A DNA stretch of 64,000 nucleotides from an uncultured Gemmatimonadaceae bacterium (GTDB taxonomy: Bacteria; Gemmatimonadota; Gemmatimonadetes; Gemmatimonadales; Gemmatimonadaceae): contig CAWFQK010000001.1 in assembly GCA_963817955.1 (NCBI GenBank), positions 21,675-85,674 of the forward strand, in the 5' to 3' direction. Each line of letters starts with the position of its first letter. Position 1 is the first letter of the stretch. The translations under genes and the position numbers were made by a program. Shown one piece after another: positions 29,638 to 36,741 of this stretch. Under the pieces are notes generated by a model, which worked only from the letters and a program-made list of their open reading frames with translations, ran no database searches and was not told the origin of the DNA.

Positions 29638-29919
29638 GTGATCAAGAGCTTCGCCGCCCACGACACCGAACGCCTCTTTGGACGGGAGCCCGTCCGGCGC
29701 TATCCGGCCGAGCTTCAGCGCACCATGCTCCGCAAACTCATTGTCGTGGACGCGGCGGAGCAGCTCGAGGATCTCCGGAGCCCGCCGGGGAATCGCCTGG
29801 AAAAGCTCCACGGCGACCGGGCCGGCCAGCACAGCATTCGCATCAATGACCAATGGCGGATCTGCTTCCGCTGGAAGGATGGCAATGCGTACGACGTCGA
29901 GGTCGTTGATTACCACTGA
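29638..29919 (+). CDS. higB: type II toxin HigB (RelE/ParE superfamily killer protein)
   Basis: MIKSF..HDTERLF...LEDLRSPPGNRLEKLHGDRAGQHSIRINDQWRICFRW.DGNAYDVEVVDYH is the canonical HigB pattern. GTG start. Confidence 0.85.
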   Translation: MIKSFAAHDTERLFGREPVRRYPAELQRTMLRKLIVVDAAEQLEDLRSPPGNRLEKLHGDRAGQHSIRINDQWRICFRWKDGNAYDVEVVDYH

Positions 29920-29926
29920 GGCCCAC

Positions 29927-30232
29927 ATGGCGCACCGCAAACTGACTCCCATCCATCCCGGCGAGGTACTGGCTGCCGACTTCCTCGAGCCGCTGGGCTT
30001 GTCGCAGTATCGCTTGGCCAAGGATATCAGCGTGCCCGCGCGACGTGTCAACGAGATCGTGCATGGCACGCGGGCGATCAGCGCCGACACCGCGCTGCGG
30101 CTCGCGCGGTATTTTGGCACGAGCGATCGCTTCTGGCTGAACCTCCAAGCCCGATATGATCTTGAAGTCGAACGCGATCACCTGGGTGCCCGCCTCGAAA
30201 AGGAAGTTCGAGTGTTCGACCGAGCTGGCTAG
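29927..30232 (+). CDS. higA: type II antitoxin HigA (XRE-family HTH)
   Basis: IHPGEVLAADFLEPLGLSQYRLAKDISVPARRVNEIVHGTRAISADTALRLARYFGTSDRFWLNLQ. Confidence 0.9.
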   Translation: MAHRKLTPIHPGEVLAADFLEPLGLSQYRLAKDISVPARRVNEIVHGTRAISADTALRLARYFGTSDRFWLNLQARYDLEVERDHLGARLEKEVRVFDRAG

Positions 30233-30236
30233 CGAG

Positions 30237-30255
30237 CTAACGAGGATGTAGGAAA
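30237..30255 (+). repeat. conserved post-stop motif CTAACGAGGATGTAGGAAA (copy 2 of 3)
   Basis: Starts 5 nt after the higA stop. Preceded by GAG, giving GAGCTAAC, the exact complement of GTTAGCTC at 28428. Confidence 0.9.
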
Positions 30256-30385
30256 GGCCGTTCGGAGGTGATGGCGCGCGGCCGCGGAGATGCCGTCGGA
30301 CGTCGGAACCTTCGGCGGCTACGGTTCGGTGTGGGAGGGTTCTAATCCGCGCCGGGCGGGCATTAAGTTGAAGTCGGAGGGTCGA

Positions 30386-30583
30386 ATGAAATACAAAGTT
30401 GCGGTGCGCCACGACGAGGAAGGCTACAGTGTCTCCGTCCCAGGCTTGCCCGGTTGCTGGTCGCAAGGCGCCACCGAAGCGGAAGCCGTGGACAACATCG
30501 CCGATGCGATTCGGGAATACCTGGCCGCGCGCGACGAGATGATCGGCGGCAGTGACGTGCGCGAGATCGAGGTTGCCGTCTAG
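30386..30583 (+). CDS. hicB: type II antitoxin HicB family (UPF0150)
   Basis: GGAGG RBS at 30376-30380. YKVAVRHDEEGYSVSVPGLPGCWSQGATEAEAVDNIADAIREYL. Confidence 0.8.
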   Translation: MKYKVAVRHDEEGYSVSVPGLPGCWSQGATEAEAVDNIADAIREYLAARDEMIGGSDVREIEVAV

Positions 30584-30586
30584 CGC

Positions 30587-30799
30587 GTGGGAAAGATTCC
30601 CGGCGTCAATCATCTCCACGCCATCCGTGCGCTCGAGAAAGCGGGCTTCCGCATCGTTCGGGAAGGCAAGCATACCGTGATGTCGGACGGTGAGCGTATC
30701 CTCACTATCCCTCGGCACAACCCCGTCAATGCCTTCACGATGGGCGGTATCGTACGCGATGCCGGGTTGACCGCCGACGAGTTTCGCAAGCTCCTCTGA
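30587..30799 (+). CDS. hicA: type II toxin HicA (mRNA interferase)
   Basis: GTG start 3 nt after the hicB stop. HAIRALEKAGFRIVREGKHTVMS...TIPRHNPVNAFTMGGIVRDAGLTADEF. Confidence 0.85.
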   Translation: MGKIPGVNHLHAIRALEKAGFRIVREGKHTVMSDGERILTIPRHNPVNAFTMGGIVRDAGLTADEFRKLL

Positions 30800-30807
30800 G
30801 CGGCCGG

Positions 30808-30827
30808 CTAACGAGGATGTAGGAAAA
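30808..30827 (+). repeat. conserved post-stop motif CTAACGAGGATGTAGGAAAA (copy 3 of 3)
   Basis: Starts 9 nt after the hicA stop. Confidence 0.9.
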
Positions 30828-30894
30828 CCCCAATTGGCCGGCGAGCCGACCGCGCCGCGTCGTCGATGCCCGGCGGCGGCGGAACTGGTCACGC

Positions 30895-31037
30895 GTGTGG
30901 CGGCGCCCGGAGGGCAAGACGCTGGAGTTCAAGCGCGATCTCTCCTCCCCTGACGACGCCTTGAAGACCCTAGTCGCCTCCGCGAATACGGCCGGCGGCA
31001 CGTTGCTCGTGGGAGGGGTGCATGCGAGCCAACTTCC
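30895..31037 (+). pseudogene. AlbA_2 (Schlafen-type putative DNA-binding) domain fragment, truncated
   Basis: PEGKTLEFKRDLSSPDDALKTLVASANTAGGTLLVGG matches only the first ~45 residues of AlbA_2 domains. The similarity stops where the 53-nt repeat begins. Confidence 0.5.
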
Positions 31038-31090
31038 GGAGCTCGCTGCGCTCGCATTTTGTTGGATGTGCTCGCAGGCTAGCTCGGGCA
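31038..31090 (+). repeat. ~53-nt GCTCGC-rich repeat ending GGCTAGCTCGGGC (copy b)
   Basis: GGAGCTCGCTGCGCTCGCATTTTGTTGGATGTGCTCGCAGGCTAGCTCGGGCA aligns with 28388-28440. Confidence 0.85.
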
Positions 31091-31188
31091 TTTGGCGGAC
31101 AACAGCCACGCACGACAGGTCCGACCAGCCGAGGGCGCCGAGCCCCGCGCCGTGGCCTCGGGTTCGACCCGGCATTATACCTCCAAGC

Positions 31189-31407
31189 ATGACAAAGCTG
31201 ATGGAACAAGCGCTGCGCGCCGTCGCCGAGCTGCCCGAGGCTGAGCAGGACGCGCTTGCCGTTTCGATTCTAGCCGAAGTGAAGGGCGAGGAGGCGTGGG
31301 ATCGCCAGTTTCAGGACTCCGCGCGGCAGCTCGAGCACCTAGCCGACGAGGCGCTCAGCGAACACGGCGAAGGTCGCTCCACGCCGCTCGACCCTGACGC
31401 GCTGTAA
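31189..31407 (+). CDS. putative orphan antitoxin-like protein (addiction-module-component style)
   Basis: MTKLMEQALRAVAELPEAEQDALAVSILAEV...EALSEHGEGRSTPLDPDAL resembles small helical antitoxins that precede RelE/ParE toxins. No toxin ORF follows and there is no clear RBS. Confidence 0.4.
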   Translation: MTKLMEQALRAVAELPEAEQDALAVSILAEVKGEEAWDRQFQDSARQLEHLADEALSEHGEGRSTPLDPDAL

Positions 31408-31501
31408 CGCCCGATCGGTCCGCTCATCTCGCACTCGCGGACGACCACGCGGTTTCGTGAGCGGACTACGACCGTTTGCTGGCGACCTTGCGCTAGGTTC
31501 G

Positions 31502-31612
31502 GAATCACGAGCCGCTCGCGGGCAAACGGAACCGCTCGCCGGCAAGCACGAATCCCTCGCGGTCAAAGACGAATCCTCGCAAGCGACACGGGACCTCGCG
31601 GCCGTGTCGGAG
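31502..31612. repeat. tandem ~21-bp repeats GAAyCnCTCGCnGnCAAnnAC (4-5 units)
   Basis: Units at 31529, 31550, 31571 and 31592, plus a 27-nt variant at 31502. Confidence 0.85.
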
Positions 31613-31783
31613 GTTTCACGGCTCGTCTAGCTCGGATGCCGGCGTGCTCACGATCAAGGGCTCGCCGTGCCGGAGGGATCCAGCCGTTCAGGCAGCAGAC
31701 CCTCCCCGTAAAGCGCCGTAAAGGCAGAACGACTCACCTACACGCCCCCCAGCCTCCCAAATCCCCCCCGCAGCCCGCCGAAA

Positions 31784-32203
31784 AACACCCGTGGTCTTGC
31801 GGATTGCAAACGTAACCCGCCGGAACGCCCCCGTAGACCAGCTGATCGCGCCCGTAGGTCGCCGGAACACAAAAGTATCGCTAAAATCTGCTCCGATATG
31901 ACGCAAATCGACACAAGGATGCGCCCGGAACGTCCCCGTGGTGCGCCTGTTCGTGCCCGTAGGTCGCCTGTGCGTGCCCGTGGTGCGCCTGTTCGTGCCC
32001 GTAGGTCGCCTGATCGACTCCGTCATGTTGCAAATTGCGAAAAGTATGGGCCGAATCGAGGTGAGGGAGCAACTGTTCGCCCCCGTGGGGCGACTGAACG
32101 GGGTGCACGGGCACCTGTTCGACCCTATCGAGTACCGAGGCGAGGCGAGCTTGCCGCGGAACAAGGTGCAGGCCCGCCTGATCAGCCCTATTGGGCAGCT
32201 GGC
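31784..32203. repeat. phased 21-bp repeat array (about 20 unit lengths; 4 near-perfect core units at 31931-32014)
   Basis: Core units alternate CGTsCCCGTGGTGCGCCTGTT and CGTGCCCGTAGGTCGCCTGTG. Degenerate CCCGTRG copies at 31788, 31830, 31851 and 32082 all sit at multiples of 21 bp from the core. Confidence 0.9.
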
Positions 32204-32240
32204 AGTCGTTCCAGACCGACTATCCTCGAACTAAGCGCGA

Positions 32241-34976
32241 CTAACCGCGCCGCCCCCCGCCCTTGCGCCCCTTACCGCCCGGCGCACTGAACCGACCGCC
32301 CGACTTTTTTCGCCGACCGGGGAACTCGGAGCCTGTGGCCTGGCGATGGTCTTTCAACTCTCCGCCCGCTTGGCGGGTGTGTCGCCCGCGCTTGCGATCG
32401 AGACGGTCGCGACGGTGATCATCCTGCGTCCGTTCGAGTTCGGAGATCTCCTGCGCCGTGAAGGGCCGGTCGAGTTCGGCCTGTAGTTCATCGAGTGTCG
32501 CCGCCCGCGCCGCGCCGCGGGCGCCGCGGGTCACGATGAACCGGAGCGGCCGATCGAGTTGCGGAAGCTCCTCGGGCGCCAGCGTGCGAGCCAGTTTCTC
32601 GGGAAGGCGCAGCCGCACCACGCCAATGTTCCCGTCCGGGGTCTCTTCGACCTCGTAATGGATCTCGACGTCGCGATCGCGAATGGACGTCGACGTCGGC
32701 AGCGAGGCATAGCGGTCGCGCACTTCGCGCGGCACGATCTCGTCTACATCCACATGGACCGCCGTCTGACGGAACTCCGTCATCGAGCCTACAGCCGCGA
32801 GCTGTTGCTCGTAGAGTGCGGTCAGGTCGGCAAGGTTCAGCCTGGGCGTCTGTCCGCCCGACCGGCGATACGTCTCGCGCACTGCCTCGATCGCATCCTG
32901 ATTCCGCTTCGCGCCCGGGTGTCGCGCGTCGCCCCGGGCCAGCGCTTCGGCGAGTACGTGGCGCGCGCGATCGGCAAGCTCCGGCGGAAATTCATCGATC
33001 GGTTCGATCTCGCGCTCGAGCTCGAATCCGTGATACTGCACGCGGCGCCTGAGCACGAGCGGCGAGCGGCGACTCTCCGGATTGTAGACCAGCTCTCCTT
33101 CCATCACTACCGCGTGCTGGCGGAGCAGCTCGAACGGGATCTGCGTTCCCTCGATCGACGCGCGCGGGTTGCCGAACTTGTCGGCGAAGTAGCGTAGCTC
33201 GCCGGTAATCGGCCCCCAACTTCCACAAACGCTCGTCTTCGATACGCGTGCGTCGTCGCCCGAGAGGGTCTGCTCGTCGATGACGAGTGTGAACGGCAGG
33301 TACGCGGCGAGCAGTTCCTGGAATGTGCGCAGCACGTCGTCGCCGCCGTTTGCCATGCGCGCGGGCAATGGCACTCCGATCGACCGATAGATGCTCGCCA
33401 TGCCCAGCGCCGCGTCCTCGATCGATTTCACGAGCGCGCCGCGGCGGTCCGCCCACCGCTGGATCTTCTCTTCGTCGAACAGATGCCGCGGCAGGCCGTA
33501 CACTGTTCCCATGCGACCGGCGTGCCGGTAGGCCTCCGCATACAGATTGTACGCGGTGAGGTGGTCGCTGCCGGGCACGATCAAACCAGTGAGATCGCGC
33601 TCTTCGCGCGTCATGCGGTGCAACGACTCCACGGAGCTCATCACGGCCAGGAAGGGCAGCAGCTCGTCACTGCCGTGCACCAGCAATTCGGCCCACGCGC
33701 GTTCCACCGGCATGGCTTCCACCGCCTTGCCATAACCCGTGAGCCGTCCGTGCTCCACGATGCCGCGCTCTTCCAGCAGCGCCAGCGCCTGCCGGTACGC
33801 CAGCTTGTCGAGTGGCACCGGGAGATCCAGCTCGTCGGCGCGCACGCCCAGCGCCGCACAGGTGATGGCGACGCGCTCCGAGTCGCCCGCGAGCTGGAAC
33901 TCCGGCTCGGTGGGCTGGAGGTGCTCGAACTGGATGTCGCGATCGGACAGGATGAAGACGCGTCCGCCTTCCACTCGGCCGTGCACGCGCCCCGCCATCT
34001 GCAGGATCTCGTTGGCGCCGAGGTGCTCCTGTGAGAGCACATTGCGCCCGCGGTCGATGGCGTTGAAGAACTTCTTGTCGTCGATGATCACCGTGTCCAG
34101 GCCGTGCACGTTGAGTGCGCTCTGGCCGGCCGCGGTCATGGCGAGGAAGTACGGTTTCTGCTCGCCGCCGTCGAGAAATGGGCGCAGGATGCGAATCGGC
34201 TCACCGCCATGATAGAACGCGGTGTTGATTCGCGGCGCCAGGTGCCGCACGTGCTCGGCGGCATCCTCGACACCGCGGCGCGTGGGGACGAACAACGCCA
34301 CGCCGCGCTTCTGTTTCACGAGCTGGCGCAGAAACGCTTCATCGAGGAACGCCGGCGCCTGCTTGCGAATGACGCGCACCTGCGCCGCCTTCTTCGGGTC
34401 GAACTCGTAGACCTCGAGGACGTCCGCCGAGTTTAGATATTTGGCATAGAACGCCGGATTCACGGTTGCCGAGAGCCAGATGTAGCGGCAGCCGACCCGC
34501 TTGCCGAGGGCGAGGCACAGCTCGAGCTCCGCCGACGTCTGGTGGATCTCGTCGACGACGATGGTGTCGGTGGTGAGGATGTCGCCTTCCTCGAACCAGC
34601 GGCGCGCAATGCCCGTCGTGACGATGATGACATTCCACGTGGGCGTCTCCGGCGTCGCCTCGCGCTCCCGATTCACGACGCCCACCTTGAGCTCCGTCGT
34701 GCCGAGGATCTCCTCGGCGATTGGCCGAATGGCGAGGGTCTTTCCCGTGCCAGTGCCGGCGACGATGCCGAAGCCTCGGCCGGAGCGCGCGAGCGCTCGC
34801 ACGCGCGGGCCGTGGTGCTGTTCGAGATAGGTATTGATGTGGAGTCCCACCGCGAGCTCAATGGTCTCGCAGGCCGCGCGCGTGGGCGCGATCACGATCA
34901 CGCGGCCGGTGGCCGGCTCGCTCTGAACGAAGGAATCGTGATCGGGGAGGTATGGATCGCGGACGTTTCGAATCAC
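32241..34976 (-). CDS. DEAH-box (HrpA/HrpB-like) ATP-dependent helicase with basic R/K/G-rich C-terminal tail
   Basis: Motif I GTGTGKT, motif II VVDEIHQ, motif III LSAT, motif VI QMAGRVHGR. HA2-like segment (SDHLTAYNLYAEAY). Tail GRRKKSGGRFSAPGGKGRKGGGRRG. Confidence 0.85.
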   Translation of the reverse strand: MIRNVRDPYLPDHDSFVQSEPATGRVIVIAPTRAACETIELAVGLHINTYLEQHHGPRVRALARSGRGFGIVAGTGTGKTLAIRPIAEEILGTTELKVGVVNREREATPETPTWNVIIVTTGIARRWFEEGDILTTDTIVVDEIHQTSAELELCLALGKRVGCRYIWLSATVNPAFYAKYLNSADVLEVYEFDPKKAAQVRVIRKQAPAFLDEAFLRQLVKQKRGVALFVPTRRGVEDAAEHVRHLAPRINTAFYHGGEPIRILRPFLDGGEQKPYFLAMTAAGQSALNVHGLDTVIIDDKKFFNAIDRGRNVLSQEHLGANEILQMAGRVHGRVEGGRVFILSDRDIQFEHLQPTEPEFQLAGDSERVAITCAALGVRADELDLPVPLDKLAYRQALALLEERGIVEHGRLTGYGKAVEAMPVERAWAELLVHGSDELLPFLAVMSSVESLHRMTREERDLTGLIVPGSDHLTAYNLYAEAYRHAGRMGTVYGLPRHLFDEEKIQRWADRRGALVKSIEDAALGMASIYRSIGVPLPARMANGGDDVLRTFQELLAAYLPFTLVIDEQTLSGDDARVSKTSVCGSWGPITGELRYFADKFGNPRASIEGTQIPFELLRQHAVVMEGELVYNPESRRSPLVLRRRVQYHGFELEREIEPIDEFPPELADRARHVLAEALARGDARHPGAKRNQDAIEAVRETYRRSGGQTPRLNLADLTALYEQQLAAVGSMTEFRQTAVHVDVDEIVPREVRDRYASLPTSTSIRDRDVEIHYEVEETPDGNIGVVRLRLPEKLARTLAPEELPQLDRPLRFIVTRGARGAARAATLDELQAELDRPFTAQEISELERTQDDHRRDRLDRKRGRHTRQAGGELKDHRQATGSEFPGRRKKSGGRFSAPGGKGRKGGGRRG

Positions 34977-35005
34977 GCGATCACTGGAGACTTTGACAGT
35001 GCGCT

Positions 35006-35374
35006 CTACTCCGGAGGTCGTTTCGGAAAGAATGTCTGCGGCGGCCGCTTCACATCGGTGAATCCCTTGATGTTCGGGGGCAGCTTGGTCTTGTCGTCGC
35101 CCTTCGCCTTGGTCGAGTCGGAATAATCATCCCCGAAGATCACGCGCGCATTTGCCGGACGGTTCTTCACTGCCGTCGGGCAGTCTGTTGCAGCGGGCTG
35201 CTGCGCCGCGGGCACATCATCGATCCAGATCCGGCACATGCCCTTTGGCGGCCGGGAGTCGGCCGGGATGGCCGGTTTTCGGGCGCTCTCCTTGAACGTC
35301 CGCTGCTGCGCCATGGCGGGCGCTGCAGTCGCGACGATCAGGCCAAATGTGAGTACCGTGCTGAACCGCGTCAT
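35006..35374 (-). CDS. hypothetical secreted protein
   Basis: GGAGG RBS before the ATG at 35374. Signal peptide MTRFSTVLTFGLIVATAAPAMAQQ. Confidence 0.5.
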   Translation of the reverse strand: MTRFSTVLTFGLIVATAAPAMAQQRTFKESARKPAIPADSRPPKGMCRIWIDDVPAAQQPAATDCPTAVKNRPANARVIFGDDYSDSTKAKGDDKTKLPPNIKGFTDVKRPPQTFFPKRPPE

Positions 35375-35552
35375 CTCCCCTCCATCTACTTCCCGAACAC
35401 TGGGTGCGCTGACCAGTAAGGCAGAGCCAATGCCAATCCCCGACGCAGATCGCGCGGTTGGAAGACTAACGATTTCAAGCACTTAGGGGAAACAGTGTAT
35501 ACATATATCGTAGACGGCTGTCTCTGTCGAGGGAAAAGGGTGTCCGTTCAGA

Positions 35553-35612
35553 GGGACACGAGACACGGGACACGGGACACGGGACACGGGACAACGGGAC
35601 AACGGGACAACG
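35553..35612. repeat. tandem heptamer/octamer array (GGACACG)x5 then (GGACAACG)x3
   Basis: Lies directly 3' of the pfkA stop. On the minus strand, GTGTCC-ctctgaac-GGACAC plus CCTTTTCCC forms a terminator-like hairpin (35537-35559). Confidence 0.9.
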
Positions 35613-35615
35613 GCA

Positions 35616-36695
35616 TCAGTCGCCAAAGCTGATGCCCGTCGCTCTTGCGGTCAGCACAATGTCGTGGGATGGATCGACTCGCTTGGGCTGGCGGAGCGCC
35701 TCCTCGATCGGGATCGTCACGATGTGCGGCGATTGTAGGGCGACCATCTGTCCCCATTTCTCGTCGGCCACCGCACGTACCGCAGCCCCGCCAAAGCGTG
35801 TGGCGAGCAGACGATCGTAACCAGTCGGCATTCCGCCGCGCTGCAGATGGCCGAGCACGAGCGAGCGCGTCTCCTTGCCGCTGATGCGCTGGATCTCCCG
35901 CGCCACCGTCTCGCACACGCCGCCAAGGCGGCGTGATTCACCGGGCAACGAGTCGCCGATGAGCGATACTTTGCCGCCCGCGGGAAAAGCGCCCTCGGCG
36001 ACGACGACGATGGAGAAGTGCCGGCCCGCGCGATCGCGGGCCATGATCTTCTCACACACCTTCTCGATGCTGTACGGAATCTCAGGAATGAGAATGACGT
36101 CGGCAGTCCCGGCAACGCCAGCGTTCAGCGCAATGAAGCCCGTGTCACGCCCCATCACCTCTATCACGATCACGCGATCGTGCGACTCGGCGGTGGTGTG
36201 CAGCTTGTCGATGGCGTCGATGGCGGTGTTGACGGCCGTGTCGAACCCGAACGTCGTGATCGTGCCGCTGACGTCATTGTCGATCGTCTTCGGCACGCCG
36301 ACGATCTTCATCCCCTTGTCGCAGAGCAACTTGGCGATGGTCAGCGAGCCGTCACCGCCAATGGCAATGAGTGCATCGATACCGAGTCGCCGCGCGTTTG
36401 CGATCAGTTCGTCCGAACGATCCTCCTCCACCACGCTGCCATCGGCGCACTTGCGCGGGTAATGGAACGGGTTGCCCCGATTCGTCGTCCGCAGGATCGT
36501 GCCGCCGAGGTGCGCGATGCCGCGCACGGAGTCCTTGGTGAGCGGCACGACTTCGTCTTCGCCCATCAACCCGGCGTAGCCACGCTTGATCCCGAGCACG
36601 TCCCAGCCGCAATTGATGGCGGAGAGCACGGCGGCGCGAATGACAGCATTGAGCCCGGGAGCGTCGCCGCCGCCGGTGGAAATGGCAATTCTCAT
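35616..36695 (-). CDS. pfkA: 6-phosphofructokinase
   Basis: MRIAISTGGGDAPGLNAVIR, IGGDGS, GVPKTIDND, MGRDTGF, LGHLQRGG. Confidence 0.9.
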   Translation of the reverse strand: MRIAISTGGGDAPGLNAVIRAAVLSAINCGWDVLGIKRGYAGLMGEDEVVPLTKDSVRGIAHLGGTILRTTNRGNPFHYPRKCADGSVVEEDRSDELIANARRLGIDALIAIGGDGSLTIAKLLCDKGMKIVGVPKTIDNDVSGTITTFGFDTAVNTAIDAIDKLHTTAESHDRVIVIEVMGRDTGFIALNAGVAGTADVILIPEIPYSIEKVCEKIMARDRAGRHFSIVVVAEGAFPAGGKVSLIGDSLPGESRRLGGVCETVAREIQRISGKETRSLVLGHLQRGGMPTGYDRLLATRFGGAAVRAVADEKWGQMVALQSPHIVTIPIEEALRQPKRVDPSHDIVLTARATGISFGD

Positions 36696-36741
36696 GGCAG
36701 AAACTTCGGCGGCAGCGACGTCAGATCCAAGGGCTGACAGT

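Noticed and set aside
31408-31500. A decayed RelE/ParE toxin following the antitoxin-like ORF at 31189-31407.
   Set aside because: Translation of all three frames shows only a weak TRFRER resemblance, stops occur early, and the region merges into the 21-bp repeats.
31688-32234. ORFs 31688-32164 (-), 31881-32114 (-), 31898-32290 (+) and 31938-32234 (+), which all cover the 21-bp repeat tract.
   Set aside because: All frames are open simply because the repeat lacks stop codons. Two frames on each strand have high GC3. Starts are non-ATG with no RBS. Coding cannot be decided from sequence alone, so the tract is reported as a repeat and finding rather than a CDS.
35553-35612. CRISPR array as an explanation for the tandem repeats at 35.5, 42.0, 51.7 and 31.9 kb.
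   Set aside because: Units are 7-8 bp or 21 bp and directly abutting, with no unique spacers. No cas genes are present.
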